From the NCBI GenBank assembly GCA_032161105.1, contig JAVHTD010000006.1: a DNA stretch of 64,000 nucleotides. One strand, given 5' to 3'. The notes beneath the pieces are model-generated. The model saw only the letters and a list, made by a program, of their open reading frames with translations, was not told the origin of the DNA and did no database searches. Source of the DNA: Candidatus Thermosaccharophagus tengchongensis (lineage in GTDB: Bacteria > Armatimonadota > Fervidibacteria > Fervidibacterales > Thermosaccharophagaceae). Every line of letters begins with the position of its first letter. The stretch's first letter is position 1. Made by a program: the position numbers and the translations under genes. Shown one piece after another: positions 30,006-40,436 of the stretch.

Positions 30006-31979
30006 ATGCGGCAAAGCCATTCCGGAAAGGCGACGGAGCACTCGGATGAAGTCGCTATTATGAGGAAAATACGCAAAAAATTGCGCGAAGAGAGGCTTTT
30101 GAGGCGCCATGTGCAATTTCTGCGCTTTTTGAAGTCACTGTGTGAGGAGAGGGAGAAAAAGGGCGAAGTTTTGAAAAAGCTCAGGCAAATGAAGACTGAC
30201 TGGAGAAAACACTTGAGCAAGTGCGCCGGTATTTATGCCCCAGCATTGCCGTCAAAGGGGCAATTAATTCGCCTTCACCCATCAAGGTATGCACTCTCTG
30301 AATGGGTGCTTGAGCTCAGCGACGGCTTGCAAGTTCCGTTCATCGTTCTTTCTCCCGAATCCGCAATGAAACCATTCGCCAACATAGTGCTGATACCACC
30401 ATTAGGCGAGCGGACTGGCTTGGGATGCCGAAAAGAGGATGTTTCTGAGCGTTATGGGGTTTTAATCGCCGATGCCGGCTACAGGGTTATCATACCTGAC
30501 TTGCCAACATTGGCTTCCTCTAACATATCTGGAGTGAAATGGCTAATTTTGTCCGGGAAAACTTTTGTCGGGGAAATGGCTCGTGAACTCATGTCATTAA
30601 CGACATTCCTCATAAATCACGGTAGATTTAGCGAATTACCGATCGCCATTATGGGTTGGGGGATTTCAGGTTGGGCTGGATTGATATTTGCAGCCCTTGA
30701 CGAGAGGGTTTGTGGTGCATTTATTTCAATGCCGCCAAGAATGACAATTCACGGGTATGTTCCGGGCATGTTTCGGAAATTTACATTCAACTCCGTTGGC
30801 GCGCTCGTCTCACCGAGAGTGTTGGCTTTTTCTTCAACTCTTGAGGATTGCCTTGAGGTGGAGGGAGATATCATCAAAGCGACATATGAGGCTGAAAACG
30901 CTGAGGAAATGTATAGAAGGCTGGCATTATCGCAGCCCGAGGATTTGGTCAAATGGTTCACCGAAGAAGGCTCATTGTGGGCGCAAAACTTGCTCCAAAG
31001 GTATCATCTCAAAAATGCCGGAAAAACAGCGCCAATATTTGTCGCTGAAGCTCATGAGGCGCCTTGTGACATTTCAAAAATTAAATCGGCAGAGGAATGG
31101 GAAAATGTTTGCGGGAAATTGCGAAGGAGCTTTGTTGAGCTGCTTGGAATGGACGGCGAAAAATCCGAACCAGAGGGAATAATTGATCAACTTTGGCAAG
31201 AAGAGGGTATCATCCACGAACGCATAATTTACAAAAGCGAAAATTTCGCCAAAGTTTCGGCAGTTATGCTCAAGGGCTGCGAGGGGAAAAAGCCAACGGT
31301 AATTTGCATCCCCGGCTCAAGCCAATCGGTGGAGGACATGGCAAAAATCATCGGGAAAGATTTGGCAAAGATTGGCATTCATTCCTTCATTGTTGACCCA
31401 AAGCCGGGCAGGTTCTCACGCATAGCCGTAGATGAGTTCATGGATGGGAAACCGATGCTCGGGCAAATGGCACAGGATGTGATCGCGGGCATTGACTACC
31501 TGCAGACAAGGGAAGATGTGGATGCAAATTCAATTGGATGCTTTGGCATTTCAATGGGCGGGACTTTGGCATGGATTGCCGCTGCAATTGATGAACGGAT
31601 AAAAGTGGCTGCCTGCGCGCTTTGCTTTTCAACCTTCGGGAAGTTGAAGGAATTGGTGCGTGACGAAAGAATTGATGGTTCGTTCCTTAGCTTCCTTGAT
31701 AGCCACGGTGAGTATTACTTTGTGCCAGGCATATTGCGCCTCGGCGAACAGGATGCCTTCATTGCGATGATTGCCCCTCGTCCACTGCTGTTGCTCGCAG
31801 CGACAAGGGATAATTGCTTTCCGTTTGATGGTGCGAAAGAGGTTTACGAGCGCGTCAAGCGCATATACGAGCTTTATGGCGCAAATGAAAAACTCGCATT
31901 TGAGTATGCGGATGCACCGCATTCATTCACTGACGAATTCCGTATAGCGACACTGCGCTGGTTCTCAATGTGGATGTGA
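30006..31979 (+). CDS. Tandem alpha/beta hydrolase (acetylxylan esterase / dienelactone hydrolase-like)
   Basis: C-terminal domain GISMGG, IAPRPLL...RD, PHSF; N-terminal copy degenerate; start uncertain. Confidence 0.75.
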   Translation: MRQSHSGKATEHSDEVAIMRKIRKKLREERLLRRHVQFLRFLKSLCEEREKKGEVLKKLRQMKTDWRKHLSKCAGIYAPALPSKGQLIRLHPSRYALSEWVLELSDGLQVPFIVLSPESAMKPFANIVLIPPLGERTGLGCRKEDVSERYGVLIADAGYRVIIPDLPTLASSNISGVKWLILSGKTFVGEMARELMSLTTFLINHGRFSELPIAIMGWGISGWAGLIFAALDERVCGAFISMPPRMTIHGYVPGMFRKFTFNSVGALVSPRVLAFSSTLEDCLEVEGDIIKATYEAENAEEMYRRLALSQPEDLVKWFTEEGSLWAQNLLQRYHLKNAGKTAPIFVAEAHEAPCDISKIKSAEEWENVCGKLRRSFVELLGMDGEKSEPEGIIDQLWQEEGIIHERIIYKSENFAKVSAVMLKGCEGKKPTVICIPGSSQSVEDMAKIIGKDLAKIGIHSFIVDPKPGRFSRIAVDEFMDGKPMLGQMAQDVIAGIDYLQTREDVDANSIGCFGISMGGTLAWIAAAIDERIKVAACALCFSTFGKLKELVRDERIDGSFLSFLDSHGEYYFVPGILRLGEQDAFIAMIAPRPLLLLAATRDNCFPFDGAKEVYERVKRIYELYGANEKLAFEYADAPHSFTDEFRIATLRWFSMWM

Positions 31980-32027
31980 TGAGGCAAGGTTTGCGGCGAG
32001 CCAAAGCGCCTTTCTGTGGTTGATTTT

Positions 32028-34019
32028 TCAAGCAACTGGTGGGCGCATGATGAGGTGGCGCGCTATCATGGCGCTTTCCGAGATGGGCAATGGCAGGTCC
32101 TCAATTTGCCGCAGTGCTTCGGCAGCCTGTAAGATGAGCCTTTGCAAATCGCCCTCATCAGCGTCGGCGCGCATGACAAGCCTATCCCAATCAACTCCCA
32201 TTGCCCATGCGTAGACACATGCAGCCCTTCTCTCGGCATCGCCAAATGGCTTTCCGCGCTCACCAAACTCGCTTGCGAATCCAGATGGCTCAATCCCAAA
32301 TGCGTCTTCAAGCACTTCAATTTCAAAGGCAAGCTCAGCAAGCTTTTCCAAGTTCACCCGCACAGCTAATGCCCTCGGTGAGCGTTCAGTTGTGAGTGCC
32401 GCTGCCCAACCAGCCAACTCCTCAGGCGACAGTTCGTCGCACAAGCCCCTCCTTATCGCCTCAATGGCAAATAGCGAACGCTCATGCCTGATGAGCAGCG
32501 CCCATTGCCCAACACTTGTAAGTTGCATGCTGCTGTCAAGGTAGCCCAACTCTTGAAGCAACCTTGCTCGCCGCTTGAATTGCTCCCTTATCTCATGCCT
32601 TTTCCTTCTGCCCTTGCGATGGCTTCGCTTGCTCCATTGGTAAACTGCCAAGCTCTTTTCAAGTATTGCTATTGCGTCATCGTAGCTGTAGCGAGAGAGC
32701 AAATTTAGCACCTGATAATAGTGCACTCTGAATGCGGACTCAAGCGCCTCAGGCTTTGATTCAATCAGGCGCAACGCAAGTTCAATGTCGCCAGTGCTCC
32801 TCGGAATGATGAGCACAAAGCCGACTTTATCCTTGCCGCGCCTGCCAGCCCTGCCCGTCATCTGATGGAATTCAAGGGCGCTCAATGGGCGCCACCCATA
32901 GTCATCCCTCGTTATGAGTGTCGGGAGCACAACTGTTCTTGCCGGGACATCCAAGCCAGCCGCAAGCGTTGTCGTTGCAAAGACAGCTTTGATTAGTCCC
33001 TCTCTGAGCATCCTTTCAACCATAACCTTCCACGATGTGAGATGACCAGCGTGATGCGGTGCAACGCCGGCTTTGATGAGTTGCGGCAAGAGCGGGTGGT
33101 GTGCGATCCTTTCGTTCTCCTCAATCACTCCCCTGACAAACTCCTCTCGCTCCTTTGTGCCATCCATAGAAAAGCCCTTGAATGCGAATGCTGCCTTATC
33201 GCAATCCCTGCGCCTCGGAAGAAAGATGATGGCAGGTAGCAAGCCCCAAGCACGCAATGATGCTACGATTCCAACAATGTCAATGCTGCGATGGATGAGC
33301 CTTTTAGCGCTGCGCGGGCTTATCTCTTTATCACATGGCAATGGTCTTCCATCCCTATCAATGAAGCCGTAGCGCAGCGGCACGGGGCGCTCCTTAGCCA
33401 TAACAACTGACGGTTTTCTCCCCCTAACATGCTCCATCCAGTTGGCTATCTCATTTGCGTTTGAGATTGTAGCCGACAGCAAGAGCAAACGGCTCTCCTG
33501 TGGCGCAAGTATAACAACTTCCTCCCATGTCGTCCCCCTCTCCGGATCGGCGATGTAATGTGCCTCGTCAAGCACAATCAAATCCGGCGCATCAAAACCG
33601 GTGTAAAGGGCATTTCTTAAAACTTCGGTTGTGGCGACAATTATTGGTGCGCCAGTGTTCTCACGCCTCTCACCAGTTATCAAGCCCACATTCTCGCGCC
33701 CGAACAGATCGCTGAACGAGTCATACTTCTGGTTTGAAAGGGCTTTTAGCGGCGTCGTATACCAACATTTCTTGCCCTCATTCAACCATCTCCGCATAGC
33801 CTGTTCAGCAATCCATGTTTTACCGCTCCCTGTCGGCGCAACTACGATGACATCGTTGTGTGCTATCTCATTCAACGCCTGTTCCTGAAATGGCGATGGC
33901 TTAAACGGCTCCGGTTCGGGTTCACCCATCCCCTCAAGGAAGCGTAAGGCGATCTCGTCAAGTCGCCCTTTGACCTTAAACTGTCTCTTTCGTTTTGAAC
34001 GCTTCACTCGGTTGCCCAC
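32028..34019 (-). CDS. Ski2/HelY-like DExH helicase
   Basis: APTGSGKT, TPLKALSNQK, TTEVLRN, DEAH, LSAT, HHAG, QMTGRAGRRG. Confidence 0.92.
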   Translation of the reverse strand: MGNRVKRSKRKRQFKVKGRLDEIALRFLEGMGEPEPEPFKPSPFQEQALNEIAHNDVIVVAPTGSGKTWIAEQAMRRWLNEGKKCWYTTPLKALSNQKYDSFSDLFGRENVGLITGERRENTGAPIIVATTEVLRNALYTGFDAPDLIVLDEAHYIADPERGTTWEEVVILAPQESRLLLLSATISNANEIANWMEHVRGRKPSVVMAKERPVPLRYGFIDRDGRPLPCDKEISPRSAKRLIHRSIDIVGIVASLRAWGLLPAIIFLPRRRDCDKAAFAFKGFSMDGTKEREEFVRGVIEENERIAHHPLLPQLIKAGVAPHHAGHLTSWKVMVERMLREGLIKAVFATTTLAAGLDVPARTVVLPTLITRDDYGWRPLSALEFHQMTGRAGRRGKDKVGFVLIIPRSTGDIELALRLIESKPEALESAFRVHYYQVLNLLSRYSYDDAIAILEKSLAVYQWSKRSHRKGRRKRHEIREQFKRRARLLQELGYLDSSMQLTSVGQWALLIRHERSLFAIEAIRRGLCDELSPEELAGWAAALTTERSPRALAVRVNLEKLAELAFEIEVLEDAFGIEPSGFASEFGERGKPFGDAERRAACVYAWAMGVDWDRLVMRADADEGDLQRLILQAAEALRQIEDLPLPISESAMIARHLIMRPPVA

Positions 34020-34089
34020 CTTTTCCCCTCACCGTCCTTAGCGGGGCGCGCATCGTGGAACGCTTTGGCGACCACGGTGAATGTCGGCA

Positions 34090-35103
34090 TCAAACAATAC
34101 CGGCGGAGAGCAAGTCTTGGACATCAAGCATTCCGATTGGATGACCATCCTCGTCAATCACCGGAAGGTCATCAATTGAGTGCAGCTGCATCAGGCGCAA
34201 TGCCTCCGTTGCGAGCGCATCGGGAGATATCGTTTTCGGGTTGCTCGTCATGACATTCGTTATCGGCTCGTTGAGCACATTGATGTCCTTTAAGACAGCA
34301 CGCCTCATATCGCCATCCGTGACTATGCCCATCAACCTGTCATTGTCATCAACAACGACACACGCACCAGCGCGAGCCTTCGTTATTGCGGCATATGCCA
34401 TTATCGCCGGCTGGTCATACTTGACCTTTGCAAGTCTATCGCCTGTGCGCATCAAGTCCCTCACCCTCAAAAGCAACCTCCTTCCGAGAGTGCCACCAGG
34501 ATGAAAGCGCGCAAAATCCTCTTTGGTGAACCGCTTCAACTTCATTGTGGCGAGCGCTAATGCATCACCTATGGCGAGCGAGAGTGTCGTTGATGCGGTC
34601 GGAGCAAGATTTAAAGGGCACGCCTCACGCTCAACCGAGATGTCAATGACGACATCGGAATGCCGCGCAAGAAGCGAATGCCTGTTTGCTGTTAGCGCTA
34701 TTATTGGCACATCAACGCGCTTCAGTGCCGGCAAAAGCAAACGAAGCTCATCTGACTCGCCGCTGTATGAGATTGCGATAAGCAGGTCGTCGGCAGTGAC
34801 AGCACCTATGTCACCATGCACCCCTTCAGCCGGGTGAAGGAAAAGTGCCGGTGTGCCAGTGCTGCACAGGGTTGCCGCAATCTTGCGCGCAATTGCTCCC
34901 GACTTACCTATGCCGGTGACAACCACCTTACCCTTGCAACTCAAAATCATGTTTACTGCCTTAACGAACTCATCGCCAATGCGTTCCATTGCTGCAAGTA
35001 TTGCCTCAGCCTCCGTGCGCATTACATCCCTTGCAAACTCTATCACATCTTTTGGCGCATGCTCTTCATCCACCTGCATCTTTGGCTGTTCACTTGGCGG
35101 CAT
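34090..35103 (-). CDS. kdsD: Arabinose-5-phosphate isomerase (KpsF/GutQ; SIS + CBS domains)
   Basis: TGIGKSG, HPAEGVHGD, EACP.NLAPTASTT, FHPGG.LG, CBS pair. Confidence 0.92.
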   Translation of the reverse strand: MPPSEQPKMQVDEEHAPKDVIEFARDVMRTEAEAILAAMERIGDEFVKAVNMILSCKGKVVVTGIGKSGAIARKIAATLCSTGTPALFLHPAEGVHGDIGAVTADDLLIAISYSGESDELRLLLPALKRVDVPIIALTANRHSLLARHSDVVIDISVEREACPLNLAPTASTTLSLAIGDALALATMKLKRFTKEDFARFHPGGTLGRRLLLRVRDLMRTGDRLAKVKYDQPAIMAYAAITKARAGACVVVDDNDRLMGIVTDGDMRRAVLKDINVLNEPITNVMTSNPKTISPDALATEALRLMQLHSIDDLPVIDEDGHPIGMLDVQDLLSAGIV

Positions 35104-35200
35104 CCTTTGCTTCACCTCGCCCACGCAGGACGAGAACACAGCTTGGGCAATTACGAGGTGAGTAAAAGACACGGCGTGGCATGCAGCTTGTCCGCTCAAT

Positions 35201-37336
35201 TTAACGCTTCCCTTTCAATGCACCCCTTCTTGGTCCGACCGTGCTCAGGTCAATTGGCTCAAAGCCGAGTTTGAGCGCGGGTGATTGCGCTTTCAACCTG
35301 AAATCATATTTGGCAGCGTCAACGAACATCGGATCGGATATAATGCTCTCTTTGTCCATGCCCTTTTCCCGCCATTGTTGCCATGTCAAATTGCCAAACT
35401 TTATTTCGCCGCCATCCTCACGCCAGTATATGTTGCGCTCAAAGGCGAAGTTGAAATCAATCCCGCCAACAAGCCACCTCTCGCCCCTTCCGATGACGAT
35501 GTTCCTTTCAAACCTGAAGCGCAGGTGTCCCTCAGGACGGCTGGCTTGAAGTTGATGGTCTCTCGCATACGCAAAGATATTGTTGCGCACGATGTTCTCC
35601 CGCCCGTAGTGTTGATGGAAGCCGCCATGTGTCGTGTTGTAGACGATGTTTCGCTCAGCCACTATCCCAGTTGAACCCTCATCAAAGTAGATTCCCCATC
35701 CGCCGTAGCGCAGCCCGTAGATGTCGTGGAAAAGGTTGTTTCTTATCACGGTGCCGTGTTGAATTCCGAGGGTGTATATTGCCCCCATGTCGCTGAGTAT
35801 CGGTCCATCGCCGTCGGTGCGCTTCCCAATATGATGCACATGATTAAACTCAACGACATTCCCACCGGCGAGCGAATTCCCATATCCCCATGTCCAACCT
35901 ATGCTTATGCCGGTGTAGTAAAAGTTGGCTATCTCATTGTGCGCAATCACATTGTTGTAACTTTGCCCAATCCAAATCCCAACGGCGCTGTGAAACATCA
36001 ATCCGCCGTCTCGTATAATGCAATTCGTCACCTCGTTGCCGAATGTTTGTTCAGCCTTGTCTTCCCTTATCCTTGTCTCGCCGATCTTTACACCGCCGGC
36101 ACCGATGTCGTAAATGTCACAACCATTCAATCTGTTGTTGTGGCAGCCCCTCGCAATCTCAACCCCATAGTTTCCGATATGGGCAACAGTGCACTCCTCA
36201 AGCGAGCAATTTAGTGCGCCTTCAAAACAGACTGCGCCGGGCACCTCAACGGCTGCTTGTGCAAACCCGCCAACATCGCTACCCCTTTTGCTCGCTTCAG
36301 GAAAATACCATTCGGTGTGTGAGAATGTTATCCTGCGAAGTGTTATGTGCTCAACGAAGAGACCTGCCTTCGGTTCCCCAACTACCCTTAGGACTTGAGT
36401 TAGAAACGGAGCAATGACTTCGGCATTGCGCATGTCTTCGCCGTCCCTCGGAATGTAGTAGATCACGCCCGCCCGTCTGTCCAAGAACCATTCGCCGGGT
36501 TCGTCAAGGAGTTCAAGGGCATGCTCAACATAATACGGGTCGCCAGCATCAAGATGGAATACGGAGCGTTTGGCGAAGCTGACGATGCGCTGCCCCTCAT
36601 CAACTTCAACGATTGGCAGGCGTGATTCAACCCAACGGTTCATCACCACAACCTCAGCATCACTTGCCGTGCTCCATGCCTTAATGTCACCATCTGCAAA
36701 CCTAAATCGCTTTTGCCCCATGAACCAATTCCCCGTTTTGTCCATCACCTCGGCGACATTCAAATAGCCGCTATTTGGGTGACGCGCTCGCCTTGCTCGC
36801 TTTCCATTAACCCACAGCTGCCTGAAAAACCATCTGCCATCCTTCACCTCTGGGATTTGTGCAGCCCAAACCTCAACGGGCTTTTCCCTGAGTTGTTCGG
36901 GCAATTCGCCCGCGCTCAACCTGCGCCATCCGGCAATCCTTCTCCCGCCGCTCAAGATGGGCTTTTCATCTCCGTATGCGCATATGGTCAGCTTGCATTG
37001 CTCATTTCCGGAATGCTCCGGCGTTATGAGTATTGGCTCGTTGAGAAAGTAAGTTCCACCGCGAAGTTGTATTGTGACAGGCTGTCGGAGCATTCCGCCA
37101 AAATCCGCCCTCAGCCTCTTGACCTCGTCCAAAGCCCTTTGAAGTGTCGCAAACGGTCCGTCTGTCTTTCTCGCGTTTGGTGATGGCAGCTTGCCGCTCC
37201 ATTTATCGTTGCCACTTGGAGAAACATAAAGCACTATGCCTTTCGCTTGTCCGCCTCGTGCGCCAACGGCAGTTGAGGCAAGTAGCGACATCGCCCCTAA
37301 GCACATCCCAACCGCTGCAGTTATGTTCATTTCCAT
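35201..37336 (-). CDS. Secreted right-handed beta-helix protein (GH141-like CAZyme)
   Basis: Signal peptide, YVSP.GND.WSG, DGPFATL, PGEWFLD, SDMGAIYTLG, GIYFDEGS. Confidence 0.8.
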   Translation of the reverse strand: MEMNITAAVGMCLGAMSLLASTAVGARGGQAKGIVLYVSPSGNDKWSGKLPSPNARKTDGPFATLQRALDEVKRLRADFGGMLRQPVTIQLRGGTYFLNEPILITPEHSGNEQCKLTICAYGDEKPILSGGRRIAGWRRLSAGELPEQLREKPVEVWAAQIPEVKDGRWFFRQLWVNGKRARRARHPNSGYLNVAEVMDKTGNWFMGQKRFRFADGDIKAWSTASDAEVVVMNRWVESRLPIVEVDEGQRIVSFAKRSVFHLDAGDPYYVEHALELLDEPGEWFLDRRAGVIYYIPRDGEDMRNAEVIAPFLTQVLRVVGEPKAGLFVEHITLRRITFSHTEWYFPEASKRGSDVGGFAQAAVEVPGAVCFEGALNCSLEECTVAHIGNYGVEIARGCHNNRLNGCDIYDIGAGGVKIGETRIREDKAEQTFGNEVTNCIIRDGGLMFHSAVGIWIGQSYNNVIAHNEIANFYYTGISIGWTWGYGNSLAGGNVVEFNHVHHIGKRTDGDGPILSDMGAIYTLGIQHGTVIRNNLFHDIYGLRYGGWGIYFDEGSTGIVAERNIVYNTTHGGFHQHYGRENIVRNNIFAYARDHQLQASRPEGHLRFRFERNIVIGRGERWLVGGIDFNFAFERNIYWREDGGEIKFGNLTWQQWREKGMDKESIISDPMFVDAAKYDFRLKAQSPALKLGFEPIDLSTVGPRRGALKGKR

Positions 37337-37689
37337 CACCCCTCGCCTGAATTTGTCACATCATCTTTGCTCGCCATTTGCCCCACGCTTTTGACCCATG
37401 TTCGCACATAGAGTAGCATCACAACACCGGGAATGGAAACGGCTAAAGCCAACGCTATGCGCACGCTTTCACTCTGGGCAGCTTCCCCGAGCGCCAAAAT
37501 GAGACCGTGCCAGACAACCCAACCGGCAATGAGCAGACCATACAGGGCAAATTGCAGTTTGACCCATTGAACTGCCAATGCTTTGAATTCGCGAGGGCTG
37601 CTGCAGCAACCTTTGAGCAGCATGAAGACAAACAGGTTTATGCATCCGATGCTCACAGCCGCTGCAATTGCTATGCCGATAAAGCGCAT
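37336..37689 (-). CDS. Small membrane protein (three TM segments)
   Basis: Three hydrophobic segments; stop overlaps the start of the downstream gene. Confidence 0.6.
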   Translation of the reverse strand: MRFIGIAIAAAVSIGCINLFVFMLLKGCCSSPREFKALAVQWVKLQFALYGLLIAGWVVWHGLILALGEAAQSESVRIALALAVSIPGVVMLLYVRTWVKSVGQMASKDDVTNSGEG

Positions 37690-37776
37690 TCGTCTCTCAC
37701 CGCCAAAGTTGAGCCACAATGTAGGTTAGCGTTATGCCAACCATTTTGTCCATCAAACTTGCGCCGATAGCTCAGG

Positions 37777-38631
37777 ATGGTGACCGAACAGATGTGTGCG
37801 CCCTTAAACTTACGCCATTGGCTTTGTGGTGTTGGCTGCTTGCCATTCATCATAGCGTTGTTGCTCCCTGTGCTTCAGCCATCACAGTGCGTGGCTGAGC
37901 AAGCGGTATATGGCGATGTCATCATTGCCCCTTTCACATTTGACTTTGATGCATCGCTTTGGAAAGGCAAGCTCACAGGGCTCGCAGAAGATGTGCTTTC
38001 ATCATCTGGCTTGTCGCTCATATCGCACGAGCAAGTTGAGCAGGAGTTGGCATTGATGGGTGCAACTTTACCGCTCTCAAGGGAGCAGCTTGTTGAGCTT
38101 TCCGAAAGGCTGAGGGTTAGAGCATGCGTTGAGGTGATTGGCTCGTTGCAAAGGGCTGGTTCATCAAAGCGCAGTTTGATTGTTTGTGCGCGATGGCTTG
38201 ATGTGAGCTTGCGCCTGTTCACACGCGGCGGCATCTCAAAATGTGATGTTGGGGATGCTGAAGCATTCATCTCCTCAAGCGAACCGCCGGAGCCCCTCCA
38301 AAGGGCTGTTAGAGAAGCCATCTTGGCGATGCTGCGAAGCCAGCCGGTGCGCTCGCAAGTCCAATTGCAACTTCAAGGTGGCTCAATCTACATCACGGGT
38401 GGAAGAAAAGCTGGCTGGAGGAAGGGAATGGATGTGGCGATATGCCGCCGGACATACAACCGTGAGCTCAAGAGGGTTGAGTGGCAGCTCATCGGGTTTG
38501 CCCGAATAACGACTGTAGAGACATTGCACGCTGTTGCGCGCCCAGTTGGGTCGCGCTTCTCAACGCGCAATCCCGACGAAGCCATCTCGCTCTTTGTAGT
38601 CCCAAAGGAGCTTTCGCATTTGGCGAGGTGA
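37777..38631 (+). CDS. Exported hypothetical protein (CsgG/FlgT-like architecture)
   Basis: Signal peptide; C-terminal IYITGG..AGW.KGM...IG.ARI beta domain. Confidence 0.5.
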   Translation: MVTEQMCAPLNLRHWLCGVGCLPFIIALLLPVLQPSQCVAEQAVYGDVIIAPFTFDFDASLWKGKLTGLAEDVLSSSGLSLISHEQVEQELALMGATLPLSREQLVELSERLRVRACVEVIGSLQRAGSSKRSLIVCARWLDVSLRLFTRGGISKCDVGDAEAFISSSEPPEPLQRAVREAILAMLRSQPVRSQVQLQLQGGSIYITGGRKAGWRKGMDVAICRRTYNRELKRVEWQLIGFARITTVETLHAVARPVGSRFSTRNPDEAISLFVVPKELSHLAR

Positions 38632-38672
38632 AGGTTTTGGGGCAAACCATCTTCACGCTGGGGGTGTGAAGT

Positions 38673-39362
38673 GTGCTCAGGGCGATCATCTTTGACTGCG
38701 ATGGCGTTCTTGCCGACACTGAACGCATCCATTGGCAGGCGTTCAATGAGGTGCTTTCGCAACTCGGCTTGCACATGAGTTGGGATGAATATGTTGAGCG
38801 CTATCTGGCTTACGATGACCCAACTTGCTTTCGCGCCTTCCTGAGCGATGTCGGATACGCACACGATGATTCGCTCATTGAAGGGCTTGTTCGTCAGAAG
38901 CGGCGCATGTTGAGCGAGCGTTCCAATGCCATCACGATAGCCGCCTATCCCGGTGTGGTTGAATTTGTGACCGAAGCGGCAAAGCGCTATCACATTGCTG
39001 TTGCATCCGGCGCAGCCAGAAGCGAAATATTGATGGTGCTAAAAGCGCTCTCCATTTCCGACCTCTTCAAAGTCATTGTCTCATCCGAGGATGTGGCTCA
39101 TGGCAAACCGCACCCTGAGCCATTCATCAAAGCCATGGAGCGGTTGAATGAGGAACTCAAACTGAATCCGCCACTTGAGCCGAGCGAATGCATCGCTGTT
39201 GAAGACTCAATTCACGGTGTGCGTTCGGCGAAGGCAGCGGGGATGTGGTGTCTGGCTGTGACGAACACATATCCGAGGGAGATGTTGGGCGAGGCAGATT
39301 TTGTGGTTGATGAGTTGAGTGCGAGCTTGATTGAACATCTTGATGAGCGCATTCGGCGGTGA
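38673..39362 (+). CDS. HAD-family phosphatase
   Basis: FDCDGVLADTE, GKPHPEP, VEDS..GV. Confidence 0.93.
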   Translation: MLRAIIFDCDGVLADTERIHWQAFNEVLSQLGLHMSWDEYVERYLAYDDPTCFRAFLSDVGYAHDDSLIEGLVRQKRRMLSERSNAITIAAYPGVVEFVTEAAKRYHIAVASGAARSEILMVLKALSISDLFKVIVSSEDVAHGKPHPEPFIKAMERLNEELKLNPPLEPSECIAVEDSIHGVRSAKAAGMWCLAVTNTYPREMLGEADFVVDELSASLIEHLDERIRR

Positions 39363-39368
39363 AAGCAT

Positions 39369-40331
39369 ATGCGCATCCAAATGCCGTCAAGCGCGAATCG
39401 CATCATCACGGTGACACCCAATCCGGCGCTTGATAAGACGCTCGTCGTTGGTGAGTTCGTTGAAAGGGGCGTGGTTAGAGTCCGCGAAGTTTTTCAGTAT
39501 CCATCTGGCAAGGGATTGAATGTCTCAAGGGCTATAGCGCGCCTTGGCGGAAAATCCATCGCAACCGGCTTCCTCGGCGGACCAATCGGAAAGTGGATTG
39601 AGGAGGGTTTGATGGCTGAGGGCATTGAATGCGATTTCGTCTTCGTCAAGGCGTGCACGCGCACATCAACAACCGTAAGGTGCGATGCGATGGGAATTGA
39701 AGTCCACATCGTTGAGCCCGGCGAGCGGATTGAGCTGGATGAAGTTGAGCGGCTTTTTGCGAAGCTCAAAATGTATGCCGGTGAGGATAGCATCTTCATC
39801 TTCTGTGGCAGCTTGCCACCGGGCGTTTCGGATGACTTTTACAGGCGCTGCATTGAGTGCGTTCAATCCGAGGGCGCAATTGCGCTTCTTGATGCGTCGG
39901 GTAAGCCACTATCTGCGGCGCTAAGCTCATCGCCATTCCTCGTAAAGCCAAATGAGGAGGAGCTGAGCGAGGCGCTCGGTGTTGAGTTTCACGATGACTT
40001 AAAGCTTGCGGAGGCAATTGAAAGGCTGCTCTCTTGCGGCATAAGGTGCGCGGTCGTATCGCAAGGTGAGCGTGGCGCAATCGGCGGGTGCGAGGATGGC
40101 ATCTGGCGTGCCGTGCCGCCGGCGGTGAATGCCGTCAACACAATCGGGAGCGGTGATGCCATGCTCGGCGGAATTGCATATGCGCTCTGTCAAGGGATGA
40201 GGTTTGAGGAGATGCTACGCTTCGGCGTGGCTGCCGGGACGGCAAATGTCCTCGTTGACGGACCGTGTTACTTTGACCGAGAGTGTGTCCTTGAAATTTA
40301 CCGAGCCGTCAAACTTGAGCGCATCGCTTGA
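39369..40331 (+). CDS. 1-phosphofructokinase-family hexose kinase (PfkB/LacC)
   Basis: TPNPALD, GKGLNVSR, GSLPPG, KPNEEE, NTIGSGD. Confidence 0.92.
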   Translation: MRIQMPSSANRIITVTPNPALDKTLVVGEFVERGVVRVREVFQYPSGKGLNVSRAIARLGGKSIATGFLGGPIGKWIEEGLMAEGIECDFVFVKACTRTSTTVRCDAMGIEVHIVEPGERIELDEVERLFAKLKMYAGEDSIFIFCGSLPPGVSDDFYRRCIECVQSEGAIALLDASGKPLSAALSSSPFLVKPNEEELSEALGVEFHDDLKLAEAIERLLSCGIRCAVVSQGERGAIGGCEDGIWRAVPPAVNAVNTIGSGDAMLGGIAYALCQGMRFEEMLRFGVAAGTANVLVDGPCYFDRECVLEIYRAVKLERIA

Positions 40332-40436
40332 TGAGAACTATCCCTCGTATGCTGAAACTCGCGGCATTGAGCACCTTGAGAGGCATCGCCAATTTTACTT
40401 GGCAGCAATGGCTCGCCAGTCAATCTTGGGGCGAGT

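Noticed and set aside
23800..31900. AT-rich block as a prophage or genomic island
   Set aside because: Contains core replication genes; no integrase, att repeats or phage genes
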